Translations under genes and position numbers: made by a program
Shown here: one piece after another, positions 24,656 through 37,400 of the stretch
Position numbering within the stretch: the stretch's first letter is position 1
Layout: each line of letters opens with the position of its first letter
The notes under the pieces: generated by a model
Told to the model about the DNA's origin: nothing
The model's input: only the letters and a program-made list of their open reading frames with translations
Databases searched by the model: none
Assembly (NCBI GenBank): GCA_964016885.1
Contig: OZ024740.1
Span: forward strand, 252,030,001-252,094,000
From: Eledone cirrhosa
Lineage: Eukaryota
DNA length: 64,000 bases
Direction: 5' to 3'

Positions 24656-27600
24656 TCCACTTGGCCGGCTGCAAATTATATCCTCTTGGCCAGCTGGAAA
24701 TTATCTCCCCTAAATTAAATGAAATTAAATTAAATTAAATCAAATTAATTAAATTAATTAATTAATTATACTTTTTTTATTTTATTTATTTATTTTTTTT
24801 TTTTTAATTACGTTATTAATTAATTAATTAATTATGTAAATTGATTTTATTTCAATTTAATGTAATTTAATTTAATTTAATTTACTTTAATTCAATTCAA
24901 TTTAATTTAATTTAATTTAATTTAATTTACTTTAATTCAATTTAATTTAATGTAATTTAATTTAATTTAATTTAATTTAATTTTATTTTATTTCATTTAA
25001 AAAACGAAACGAAACCGGTGTGCCTAAAAAAACAAAAGAAAAGAAACCGGGGAACCTAAAAAATCAAACGAAACGAAATTATCTCCCCTTGGCCTGCTGG
25101 ATATTATCTCCCCTTGGCCAGCTGGAAATAATCTCCCCTTGGCCGGCTGGAAATTATGTCCCCTTGGCCGGCTCGAAATTATCTCCCCTAAATTAAATTA
25201 AATTATATTAAATTAAATTAAATTAAATTAAATCAAATTAATTAATTTAATTAATTAATTAATTTTATTTTTTTTATTCTAATTATTTTTATTTTTTTTT
25301 ATTAATTACTTAATTAATTATGTTAATTGATTTTATTTCAATCCAATGTAATTTAATTTAATTTAATTTAATTTAATTTTATTTTATTTTATTTAAAAAA
25401 CGAAATAAAATCGGGGTACCTAAAAAAACAAACGAAACGAAATTATCTCCCCTTGGTCTGCTGGAAATTATCTCCCCTTGGCCGGCTGGATATTATCTCC
25501 CCTTGGCCGACTGCAAATTATCTTCTCTTGGCCGGCTGGAAATTATCTCCCTTTGGCCGGCTGGAAATTATCTCCCCTTGGCCGGCTGGAAATTATCTCC
25601 CATTGGCTGGCTGGAAATTATCACCCCTAGGCCGGCTGGGAATTAACTCCACTTGGCTGGCTAGAAACTATCTTCCCTTGGCCGGCTGGATATTATCTCC
25701 CCTTGGCCGGCTAGAAATAATCTCCCCTTAGCCGGCTCGAAATTATCTCTCCTAAATTAAATTAAATTAAATTAAATTAAATTAAATCAAATTAATTAAA
25801 TTAATTAATTAATTAATTTTATTTTTTTAATTCTAATTATTTTTATTTTTTTTTATTAATTACGTTATTAATTAATTAATTATGTTAATTGATTTTATTT
25901 CAATCCAATGTAATTTAATTTAATTTAATTTAATTTAATTTTATTTTATTTTATTTTATTTTATTTAAAAAACGAAACAAAACCGTGTTACCTAAAAAAA
26001 CAAACGAAAAGAAACTGGGGAACCTAAAAAATCAAACGAAACGAAATTATCTCCCCTTGGTCTGCTGGAAATTATCTTCTCTTGGCCGGCTGGAAATTAT
26101 CTCCCTTTCGCCGGCTGGAAATTATCTCCCCTTGGCCGGCTGGAAATTAGCTCCCATTGGCTGGCTGGAAATTATCTCCCCTTGGCCGGCTGGAAATTAT
26201 CTCCCCTTGGCCGTCTGGAAATTATCGCCCCTTGGCCGGCTGGATTTATGTCCCCTTGGCCGGCTGGATATTATCTCCCCTTGGCCAGCTGGAAATTATC
26301 TCCCCTAAATTAAATGAAATTAAATTAAATTAAATCAAATTAATTAAATTAATTAATTAATTAATTATTTTTTTATTTTATTTATTTATTTATTTTTTTT
26401 TAATTACGTTATTAATTAATTAATTAATTATGTAAATTGATTTTATTTCAATTTAATGTAATTTAATTTAATTTAATTTACTTTAATTCAATTCAATTCA
26501 ATTTAATTTAATTTAATTTAATTTACTTTAATTCAATTTAATTTAATGTAATTTAATTTAATTTAATTTAATTTTATTTTATTTTATTTCATTTAAAAAA
26601 CGAAACGAAACCGGTGTGCCTAAAAAAACAAAAGAAAAGAAACCGGGGAACCTAAAAAATCAAACGAAACGAAATTATCTCCCCTTGGCCTGCTGGATAT
26701 TATCTCCCCTTGGCCAGCTGGAAATAATCTCCCCTTGGCCGGCTGGAAATTATGTCCCCTTGGCCGGCTGGAAATTATCTTCTCTTGGCCGGCTGGAAAT
26801 TATCTCCCTTTGGCCGACTGGATATTATCTCCCCTTGGCCGGCTGGATATGATCTCCCCTTGGCCGGCAGGAAATTATATCCCCTTGGCCGGCTGGAAAT
26901 AATCTCCCCTTGGCCGGCCAGAATTAATCTCCCTTTGGCCGGCTGGATATTATCTCCCCTTAGCCGGCTTGAAATTATCTCCCCTTGGCCGGCTGGATAT
27001 TATCTCCCCTCGGCCGGCTGGAAATTATCTCCCCTTGACCGGCTGGAATTTATCTCCCCTTGGCCGGCTGGAATTTATATCCCCTTGACCGGCTGGAAAT
27101 AATCTCCCCTTGCCCGGCTCGAAAATATCTCCCCTAAATTAAATTAAATTAAATTAAATTAAATCAAATTAATTAAATTAATTAATTAATTAATTATATT
27201 TTTTTTATTTTATTTATTTTCATTTTTTTTTATTAATTACGTTATTAATTAATTAATTAATTATGTAAATTGATTTTATTTCAATGTAATGTAATTTAAT
27301 TTAATTTAATTTAATCGAAATTATCTCCCCTTGGCCTGCTGGAAATTATCTCCCCTTGGCCGGCTTGATATTATCTTCCCTTGGCAGGCTGGAAATTATC
27401 TCCCCTTGGCCGGCGGGATATTATCTCCCCTTGGCAGGCTGGATATTATCTCCCCTTGGCCGACTGGAAATTATTTCCCCTTGGGCGGCGGGATATTATC
27501 TCCCCTTGGCCGGCTGGAAGTTATCTCCCCTTGGCCGGCTGGAAATTATCTCGCCTTGGCCGGCTGGAATCTAGCTCCCCTTGGCCGGCTGGAAATACAC

Positions 27601-28429
27601 TCCCCTTCGCCGGCTGGAAATATACTCCCCTTGGCCGGCTGGAAATTATCTCCCCTTGGCCGGCTCGATATTATCTCCCCTAGGCCGGCTGGAAATTATC
27701 TCCCCTTGGCCGGCTGGAATTTATCTCCCCTTGGCCGGCTGGAATTTATATTCCCTTGGCCGGCTGGAAATAATCTCCCCTTGCCCGGCTCTAAAATATC
27801 TCCCCTAAATTAAATTAAATTAAATTAAATTAAATCAAATTAATTAAATTAATTAATTAATTAATTATATTTTTTTTATTTTATTTTTTTTTATTTTTTT
27901 TTTATTAATTACGTTATTAATTAATTAATTAAATATGTAAATTGATTTTATTTCAATTTAATGTAATTTAATTTAATTTAATTTTATTTAATTTACTTTA
28001 ATTCAATTCAATTTAATTTAATTTAATTTAATTTAATTTAATTTAATTTTATTTAAAAAACGAAACGAAACCGGTGTACCTAAAAAAACAAACGAAAAGA
28101 AACCGGGGAACCTAAAAAATCGAACGAAATGAAATTATCTCCCCTTGGCTTGCTGGAAATTATCTCCCCTTAGCCGGCTGGAATTTATCTCCCCTTGGCC
28201 GGCTGGATATTATGTCCCCTTAGCCGGCTGGAATTTATCTCCCCTTGGCCGGCTGGATATTATCTCCCCTTGGCCGGCTGGTAATTAACTTCTCTTGGTC
28301 GGCTGGAAATTATCTCCCCTTGGCCGGCTGGAAATTATCTCCCCTTAGCCGGCTGGAATTTATCTCCCCTTGGCCGGCTGGATATAATCTCCCCTTGGCC
28401 GACTGGAAATTATCTTCTCTTGGCCGACT

Positions 28430-31405
28430 GGAAATTATCTCCCCTTGGCCGGCTGGAAATTATCTCCCCTTGGCCGGCTGGATATTATCTCCCCTTGGCC
28501 GGCTGGATATTATCTCCCCTTGGCCGGCTGGAAATTATCTTCTCTAGGCCGGCTGGAAATTATCTCCCTTTGGCCGGCTGGAAGTTATCTCCCCTTGGCT
28601 GGCTGGATATTATCTCCCATTGGCCGACTGGAAATTATCTCCCCTTAACCGGCTGGAAATTATCTCCCCTTGACCGGCACGAAATTATCTCCCCTAAAGT
28701 AAATTAAATCTAATTAATTAAATTAATTAATTAATTATTTATATTTTTTTATTTAATTTATTTTATTTTTTTTATTAATTACGTTATTAATTAATTAATT
28801 AATTATGTAAATTGATTTTATTTTAATTTAATTTAATTTAATTTACTTTAATTCAATTTAATTTAATTCAATTTAATTTAATTTTATTTTATTTCATTTA
28901 AAAAACGAAACGAAACCGGTGTGCCTAAAAAACAAAAGAAAGAAACCGGGGAACCTAAAAAATCGAACGAATCGAAATTAACTCCCCTTGGCCTGCTGGA
29001 AATTATCTCCCCTTGGCCGGCTGAAAATTAGCTCCCTTTGGCCGGCTGGATACTATCTCCCCTTGGCCGGCTGTAAATTATCTCCCCTTGGGCGGCTGGA
29101 AGTTATCTCCCCTTGGCCGGCTGGATATTATCTCTCCTTGGCCAGCTAGAAATTATCTCCTCTTGGCCGGCTGGATATTATCACCCCTTGGCCAGCTGGA
29201 AATTATCTCCACTTGGCCGGCTGGAAATTATCTCCTCTTGGCCGGCTGGAAATTATCTCCCCTAAATTAAATTAAATTAAATCAAATTAATTAAATTAAT
29301 TAATTAATTGATTATATTTTTTTTATTTTATTTATTTTAATTTTTTTTTTAATTACGTTATTAATTAATTAATTAATTATGTAAATTGATTTTATTTTAA
29401 TTTAATGTAATTTAATTTAATTTAATTTACTTTAATTCAATTTAATTTAATTTTATTTAATTTAATTTTATTTTATTTTATTTAAAAAACGAAACGAAAC
29501 CGGGGCACCTAAAAAAACAAACGAAAAGAAACCGGGGAACCTAAAAAATCGAACGAAATGAAATTATCTCCCCTTGGGTTGCTGGAAATTATCTCAACTC
29601 GACCGGCTGGATACTATCTACCCTTGGCCGGCTGGAAATTATCTCCCCTTAGCCGGCTGGAAATTATCTCCCATTGGCCGGCTGGATATTATCTCCCCTT
29701 GGCCGGCTGGATGTTATCTCCCCTTGGCCAGCTAGAAATTATCTCCAGTTGGCCGGCTGGAAATTATCTTCTCTTGGCCGGCTGGAAATTATCTCCCTTT
29801 GGCCGGCTGCATATTATCTCCCCTTGGCCGGCTGGATATGATCTCCCCTTGGCCGGCTGGAAATTATCTCTCCTTGGCAGGTTGGAAATTATCTCCCTTT
29901 GGCCGGCTGAAAATTATCTCCCTTTGGCCGGCTGGATACTATCTCCCCTTGGTCAGCTAGAAATTATCTCCCCTTGGCCGGCTGGATACTATCTCCCCTT
30001 GGCCAGCTGGAAATTATCTCCACTTGGCCGGCTGGAAATTATCTCCTCTTCGCCGGCTGGAAATTATCTCGCCTTGGCCGGCTGGAAATTATCTCCTCTA
30101 AATTCAATTAAATTAAATTAAATTAAATTAAATTAAATCAAATTAATTAAATTAATTAATTAATTAATTTTATTTTTTTTATTCTAATTATTTTTATTTT
30201 TTTTTTTATTAATTACGTTATTAATTAATTAATTAATTATGTTAATTGATTTTATTTCAATCCAATGTAATTTAATTTAATTTAATTTAATATAATTTAA
30301 TTTAATTTAATTTAATTTTATTTTATTTAAAAAACGAAACGAAACCGGGGTACCAAAAAAACGAACGAAAAGAAACCGGGGAACCTAAAAAATCGAACGA
30401 AATGAAATTATCTCCCCTTGGCTTGCTGGAAATTATCTCAACTCGGCCGGCTGGATACTATCTCCCCTTGGCCGGCTGGAAATTATCTCCCCTTAGCCGG
30501 CTGGAAATTATCTCCCCTTGGCCGGCTGGATAATATCTCCCCTTGGCCGGCTGGAAATTATGTTCTCTTGGCCGGCTGGAAATTATCTCCTCTTGGCCGG
30601 CTGGAAATTATCTCCCCTTGGCCGGCTGGATATTATCTGCCCTTGGCCGGCTGGAAATTATCTCCCCCTGATTTTTTTACAAATTATCTCCCCCTGATTT
30701 TTTTTACAAATTATCTCCCCCTGATTTTTTTTACAAATTATCTCCCCTTGATTTTTTTTTACAAATTATCTCCCCCTGATTTTTTTTTTACAAATTATCT
30801 CCCCCTGATTTTTTTTAAAATTATCTTCCCTTGGCTGGCGGGAAATTATCTCCCCTTGGACGGCTGGAAATTATCTCCCCTTGGAAGGATGTAAATTATC
30901 TCCCCTTGGACGGCTGGAAATTATCTCCCCTTGCACGGCTGGAAATTATCTCCCCTTGCACGGCTGGAAATTATCTCCCCTTGATTTTTTTTACAAATTA
31001 TCTCCCCCTGATTTTTTTTTACAAATTATCTCCCCCTGATTTTTTTTTACAAGTTATCTCCCCCTGATTTTTTTTACAAATTATCTCCCCCTGAATTTTA
31101 AAAAAAAAATTATCTCCCCTTCGCTGGCTGGAAATTATCTCCCCTTGGACGCTGGAAATTATAGCCCCTTGGAGGGCTGGAAATTATCTTCCCTTGGACG
31201 GCTGGAAATTATCTTCCCTTGGACGGCTGGAAATTATCTCCCCTTGATTTTTTTTACAAATTATCTCCCCCTGATTTTTTTTTACAAATTATCTCCCCCT
31301 GATTTTTTTTACAAATTATCTACCCCTGATTTTTTTTACAAATTATCTCCCCCTGATTTTTTTTTACAAATTATCTCCCTCTGATTTTTTTTTACAAATT
31401 ATCTC
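28430..31405 (+). repeat. Segment duplicated at ~61030-64000, including the domain A/B junction
   Basis: Constant offset 32595 for ORFs 29088/61683, 29558/62153, 30418/63013, 30831/63426 and 31145/63740. Confidence 0.94.
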
Positions 31406-34400
31406 CCCCTGATTTTTTTTTTACAAATTATCTCCCCCTGATTTTTTTACAAATTATCTCCCCCTGATTTTTTTTACAATCTCCGCCTGATTTTTTAAAA
31501 AATTATCTTCCCTTGGCTGGCGGGAAATTATCTCCCCTTGGACGGCTGGAAATTATCTCCCCTTGGACGGCTAGAAATTATCTCTCTTTGGACGGCTGGA
31601 AATTATCTCCCCTTGATTTTTTTTACAAATTATCTCCCCCTGATTTTTTTTACAAATTATCCCCGCATGATTTTTAAAAAAAAAATTATCTCCCCTTCGC
31701 TGGCTGGAAATTATCTCCCCTTGGACGCTGGAAATTATAGCCCCTTGGAGGGCTGGAAATTATCTTCCCTTGGACGGCTGGAAATTATCTCCCCTTGATT
31801 TTTTTTACAAATTATCTCCCCCTGATTTTTTTTTACAAATTATCTCCCCCTGATTTTTTTTTACAAATTATCTCCCCCTGATTTTTTTTTTTACAAATTA
31901 TCTCCGCCTGATTTTTAAAAAAAAATTATCTCCCCTTGGACGGCTGGAAATTATCTCCCCTTGGACGGCTGGAAATTATCTCCCCTTGGACGGCTAGAAA
32001 TTACCTCTCCTTGGACGGCTGAAAATTATCTCCCCTTGGACGGCTGCAAATTATCTCCCCTTGATTTTTTTTACAAATTATCTCCCCCTGATTTTTTTTA
32101 CAAATTATCTCCCCCTGATTTTTTTTACAAATTATCTCCCCCTGATTTTTTTTTACAAATTATCTCCCCCTGATTTTTTTTTACAAATTATCTCCCCCTG
32201 ATTTTTTTTACAAATTATCTCCCCCTGATTTTTTTTACAAATTATCTCCCCCTGATTTTTTTTTACAAATTATCTCCCCTTGATTTTTTTTTACAAATTA
32301 TCTCCCCCTGATTTTTTTTTTACAAATTATCTCCCCCTGATTTTTTTACAAATTATCTCCCCCTGATTTTTTTTACAAATTATCTCCCCCTGATTTTTTT
32401 TACAAATTATCTCCCCTTGATTTTTTTTTACAAATTATCTCCCCCTGATTTTTTTTTTACAAATTATCTCCCCCTGATTTTTTTAAAAATTATCTTCCCT
32501 TGGCTGGCGGGAAATTATCTCCCCTTGGACGGCTGGAAATTATCTCCCCTTGGAAGGATGTAAATTATCTCCCCTTGGACGGCTGGAAATTATCTCCCCT
32601 TGCAAGGCTGGAAATTATCTCCCCTTGATTTTTTTTACAAATTATCTCCCCCTGATTTTTTTTTACAAATTATCTCCCCCTGATTTTTTTTACAAATTAT
32701 CTCCCCCTGATTTTTTTTACAAATTATCTCCCCCTGATTTAAAAAAAAAAAATTATCTCCCCTTCGCTGGCTGGAAATTATCTCCCCTTGGACGCTGGAA
32801 ATTATAGCCCCTTGGAGGGCTGGAAATTATCTTCCCTTGGACGGCTGGAAATTATCTTCCCTTGGACGGCTGGAAATTATCTCCCCTTGATTTTTTTTAC
32901 AAATTATCTCCCCCTGATTTTTTTTTACAAATTATCTCCCCCTGATTTTTTTTTACAAATTATCTCCCCCTGATTTTTTTTTTACAAATTATCTCCGCTT
33001 GATTTTTAAAAAAAAATTATCTCCCCTTGGACGGCTGGAAATTATCTCCCCTTGGACGGCTGGAAATTATCTCCCCTTGGACGGCTAGAAATTATCTCTC
33101 CTTGGACGGCTGAAAATTATCTCCCCTTGGACGGCTGCAAATTATCTCCCCTTGATTTTTTTTACAAATTATCTCCCCCTGATTTTTTTTTACAAATTAT
33201 CTCCCCCTCATTTTTTTACAAATTATCTACCCCTGATTTTTTTTACAAATTATCTCCCCCTGATTTTTTTTTACAAATTATCTCCCTCTGATTTTTTTTT
33301 ACAAATTATCTCCCCCTGATTTTTTTTTTACAAATTATCTCCCCCTGATTTTTTAAAAAATTATCTCCCCCTGATTTTTTTACAATCTCCGCCTGATTTT
33401 TTTAAAAATTATCTTCCCTTGGCTGGCGGGAAATTATCTCCCCTTGGACGGCTGGAAATTATCTCCCCTTGGAAGGATGGAAATTATCTCCCCTTGGACG
33501 GCAGGATATTATCTCCCCTTGCACGGCTGGAAATTATCTCCCCTTGGCTGGAAATTATCTCCCCTTGGACGGCTAGAAATTATCTCTCTTTGGACGGCTG
33601 GAAATTATCTCCCTTTGATTTTTTTTACAAATTATCTCCCTCTGATATTTTTTACAAATCTCCCCCTGATTTTTTAAAAAAAATTATCTCCCCTTCGCTG
33701 GCTGGAAATTATCTCCCCTTGGACACTGGAAATTATAGCCCCTTGGAGGGCTGGAAATTATCTTCCCTTGGACGGCTGGAAATTATCTCCCCTTGATTTT
33801 TTTTACAAATTATCTCCGCCTGATTTTTTTTAAAAATTATCTCTCCTTGGACGGCTGGAAATTATCTCCCCTTGATTTTTTTTACAAATTATCTCCCCCT
33901 GATTTTTTTTACAAATTATCTCCCCCTGATTTTTTTTTACAAATTATCTACCACTGATTTTTTTTACAAATTATCTCCCCCTGATTTTTTTTACAAATTA
34001 TCTCCCCCTGATTTTTCTTTTACAAATTATCTCCCCCTGATTTTTTTACAAATTATCTCCCCCTGATTTTTTTTACAAATTATCTCCGCCTGATTTTTTT
34101 AAATATTATCTTCCCTTGGCTGGCGGGAAATTATCTCCCCTTGGACGGCTGGAAATTATCTGCCCTTGATTTTGTTTTTACAAATTATCTTCCACTGATT
34201 TTTTTTACAAATTATCTCCACCTGATTTTTTAAAAAATTATCTCCCCTTGGAAGGCTGGAAATTATCTCCCCTTGGACGGCTAGAAATTATCTCTCTTTG
34301 GACGGCTGGAAATTATCTCCCCTTGATTTTTTTTACAAATTATCTCCCCCTGATTTTTTTTACAAATATCCCAGTGATTTTTAAAAAAAAATTATCTCCC

Positions 34401-37400
34401 CTTCGCTGGCTGGAAATTATCTCCCCTTGGACGCTGGAAATTATAGCCCCTTGGAGGGCTGGAAATTATCTTCCCTTGGACGGCTGGAAATTATCTCCCC
34501 TTGATTTTTTTTACAAATTATCTCCCCCTGATTTTTTTTTACAAATTATCTCCCCCTGATTTTTTTTTACAAATTATCTCCCCCTGATTTTTTTTTACAA
34601 CTTATCTCCGCCTGATTTTTTTTAAAAAATCATCTCCCCTTGGACGGCTGGAAATTATCTCCCCTTGGACGGCTGGAAATTATCTCTCCTTGGACGGCTA
34701 GAAATTACCTCTCCTTGGACAATTGAAAATTATCTCCCCTTGGACGGCTGGAAATTATCTCCCCTTGATTTTTTTTACAAATTATCTCCCCCTGATTTTT
34801 TTTACAAATTATCTCCCCTGATTTTTTTTTACAAATTATCTCTCCCTGATTTTTTTTTACAAATTATCTCCCCCTGATTTTTTTTACAAATTATCTCCCC
34901 CTGATTTTTTTACAAATTATCTCCCCTTGGCTGGCTGGAAATTATCTCCCCTTGGAGGCAGGAATTTATCTCCCCTTGGACGGCTAGAAATTACCTCTCC
35001 TTGGACGGCTGGAAAATATGTCTCCTTGGACGGCTGGAAATTATCTCCCCTTGGACGGCTGGAAATTATCTCCCCTTGGACGGCTGGAAATTATCTCCCC
35101 TTGGACGGCTAGAAATTACCTCTCCTTGGACGGCTGAAAATTATCTCCCCTTGGACGGCTGGAAATTATCTCCCCTTGATTTTTTTACAAATTATCTCCC
35201 TCTGATTTTTTTTTACAAATTATCTCCCCCTGATTTTTTTTACAAATTATCTCCCCCTGATTTTTTTTACAAATTATCTCCCCCTGATTTTTTTTACAAA
35301 TTATCTCCGCCTGATTTTTATAAATATTATCTCTCCTTGGCTGGCGGGAAATTATCTCCCCTTGGACGGCTGCAAATTATCTCCGCTTGATTTTTTTTAC
35401 AAATTATCTCCCCCTGATTTTTTTTTACAAATTATCTCCCCCTGATTTTTTTTACAAATTATCTCCCCCTGATTTTTTTTACAAATTATCTCCCCCTGAT
35501 TTTTTTTTACAAATTATCTCCCCTTGATTTTTTTTTACAAATTATCTCCCCCTGATTTTTTTTTTACAAATTATCTCCCCCTGATTTTTTTACAAATTAT
35601 CTCCCCCTGATTTTTTTTACAAATTATCTCCCCCTGATTTTTTTTACAAATTATCTCCCCTTGATTTTTTTTTACAAATTATCTCCCCCTGATTTTTTTT
35701 TTACAAATTATCTCCCCCTGATTTTTTTAAAAATTATCTTCCCTTGGCTGGCGGGAAATTATCTCCCCTTGGACGGCTGGAAATTATCTCCCCTTGGAAG
35801 GATGTAAATTATCTCCCCTTGGACGGCTGGAAATTATCTCCCCTTGCACGGCTGGCAATTATCTCCCCTTGATTTTTTTTACAAATTATCTCCCCCTGAT
35901 TTTTTTTTACAAATTATCTCCCCCTGATTTTTTTTTACAAATTATCTCCCCCTGATTTTTTTTACAAATTATCTCCCCCTGATTTTTAAAAAAAAAATTA
36001 TCTCCCCTTCGCTGGCTGGAAATTATCTCCCCTTGGACGCTGGAAATTATAGCCCCTTGGAGGGCTGGAAATTATCTTCCCTTGGACGGCTGGAAATTAT
36101 CTTCCCTTGGACGGCTGGAAATTATCTCCCCTTGATTTTTTTTACAAATTATCTCCCCCTGATTTTTTTTTACAAATTATCTCCCCCTGATTTTTTTTTA
36201 CAAATTATCTCCCCCTGATTTTTTTTTTACAAATTATCTCCGCTTGATTTTTTAAAAAAAATTATCTCCCCTTGGACGGCTGGAAATTATCTCCCCGTGG
36301 ACGGCTGGAAATTATCTCCCCTTGGACGGCTAGAAATTATCTCTCCTTGGACGGCTGAAAATTATCTCCCCTTGATTTTTTTTACAAATTATCTCCCCCT
36401 GATTTTTTTTTACAAATTATCTCCCCCTGATTTTTTTTACAAATTATCTACCCCTGATTTTTTTTACAAATTATCTCCCTCTGATTTTTTTTTACAAATT
36501 ATCTCCCTCTGATTTTTTTTTACAAATTATCTCCCCCTGATTTTTTTTTTACAAATTATCTCCCCCTGATTTTTTTACAAATTATCTCCCCCTGATTTTT
36601 TTTACAATCTCCGCCTGATTTTTTAAAAAATTATCTTCCCTTGGCTGGCGGGAAATTATCTCCCCTTGGACGGCTGGAAATTATCTCCCCTTGGACGGCT
36701 AGAAATTATCTCTCTTTGGACGGCTGGAAATTATCTCCCCTTGATTTTTTTTACAAATTATCTCCCCCTGATTTTTTTTACAAATTATCCCCGCATGATT
36801 TTTTAAAAAAAAATTATCTCCCCTTCGCTGGCTGGAAATTATCTCCCCTTGGACGCTGGAAATTATAGCCCCTTGGAGGGCTGGAAATTATCTTCCCTTG
36901 GACGGCTGGAAATTATCTCCCCTTGATTTTTTTTACAAATTATCTCCCCCTGATTTTTTTTTACAAATTATCTCCCCCTGATTTTTTTTTACAAATTATC
37001 TCCCCCTGATTTTTTTTTTTACAAATTATCACCGCCTGATTTAAAAAAAAAAATTATCTCCCCTTGGACGGCTGGAAATTATCTCCCCTTGGACGGCTGG
37101 AAATTATCTCCCCTTGGACGGCTAGAAATTACCTCTCCTTGGACGGCTGAAAATTATCTCCCCTTGGACGGCTGCAAATTATCTCCCCTTGATTTTTTTT
37201 ACAAATTATCTCCCCCTGATTTTTTTTACAAATTATCTCCCCCTGATTTTTTTTACAAATTAACTCCCCCTGATTTTTTTTTACAAATTATCTCCCCCTG
37301 ATTTTTTTTTACAAATTATCTCCCCCTGATTTTTTTTACAAATTATCTCCCCCTGATTTTTTTTACAAATTATCTCCCCCTGATTTTTTTTTACAAATTA

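Larger units (their letters stand above)
1..30659 (+). repeat. Composite satellite domain A (first block): arrays of 25-bp monomer GAAATTATCTCCCCTTGGCCGGCTG (about 4-46 copies each) alternating with AT-rich elements
   Basis: Directly visible 25-bp periodicity. About 41 AT-rich interruptions, each starting ...CCCCTAAA and ending ...(C/T)GAAATTATCTCCCC. All units are in the same orientation. Confidence 0.98.
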
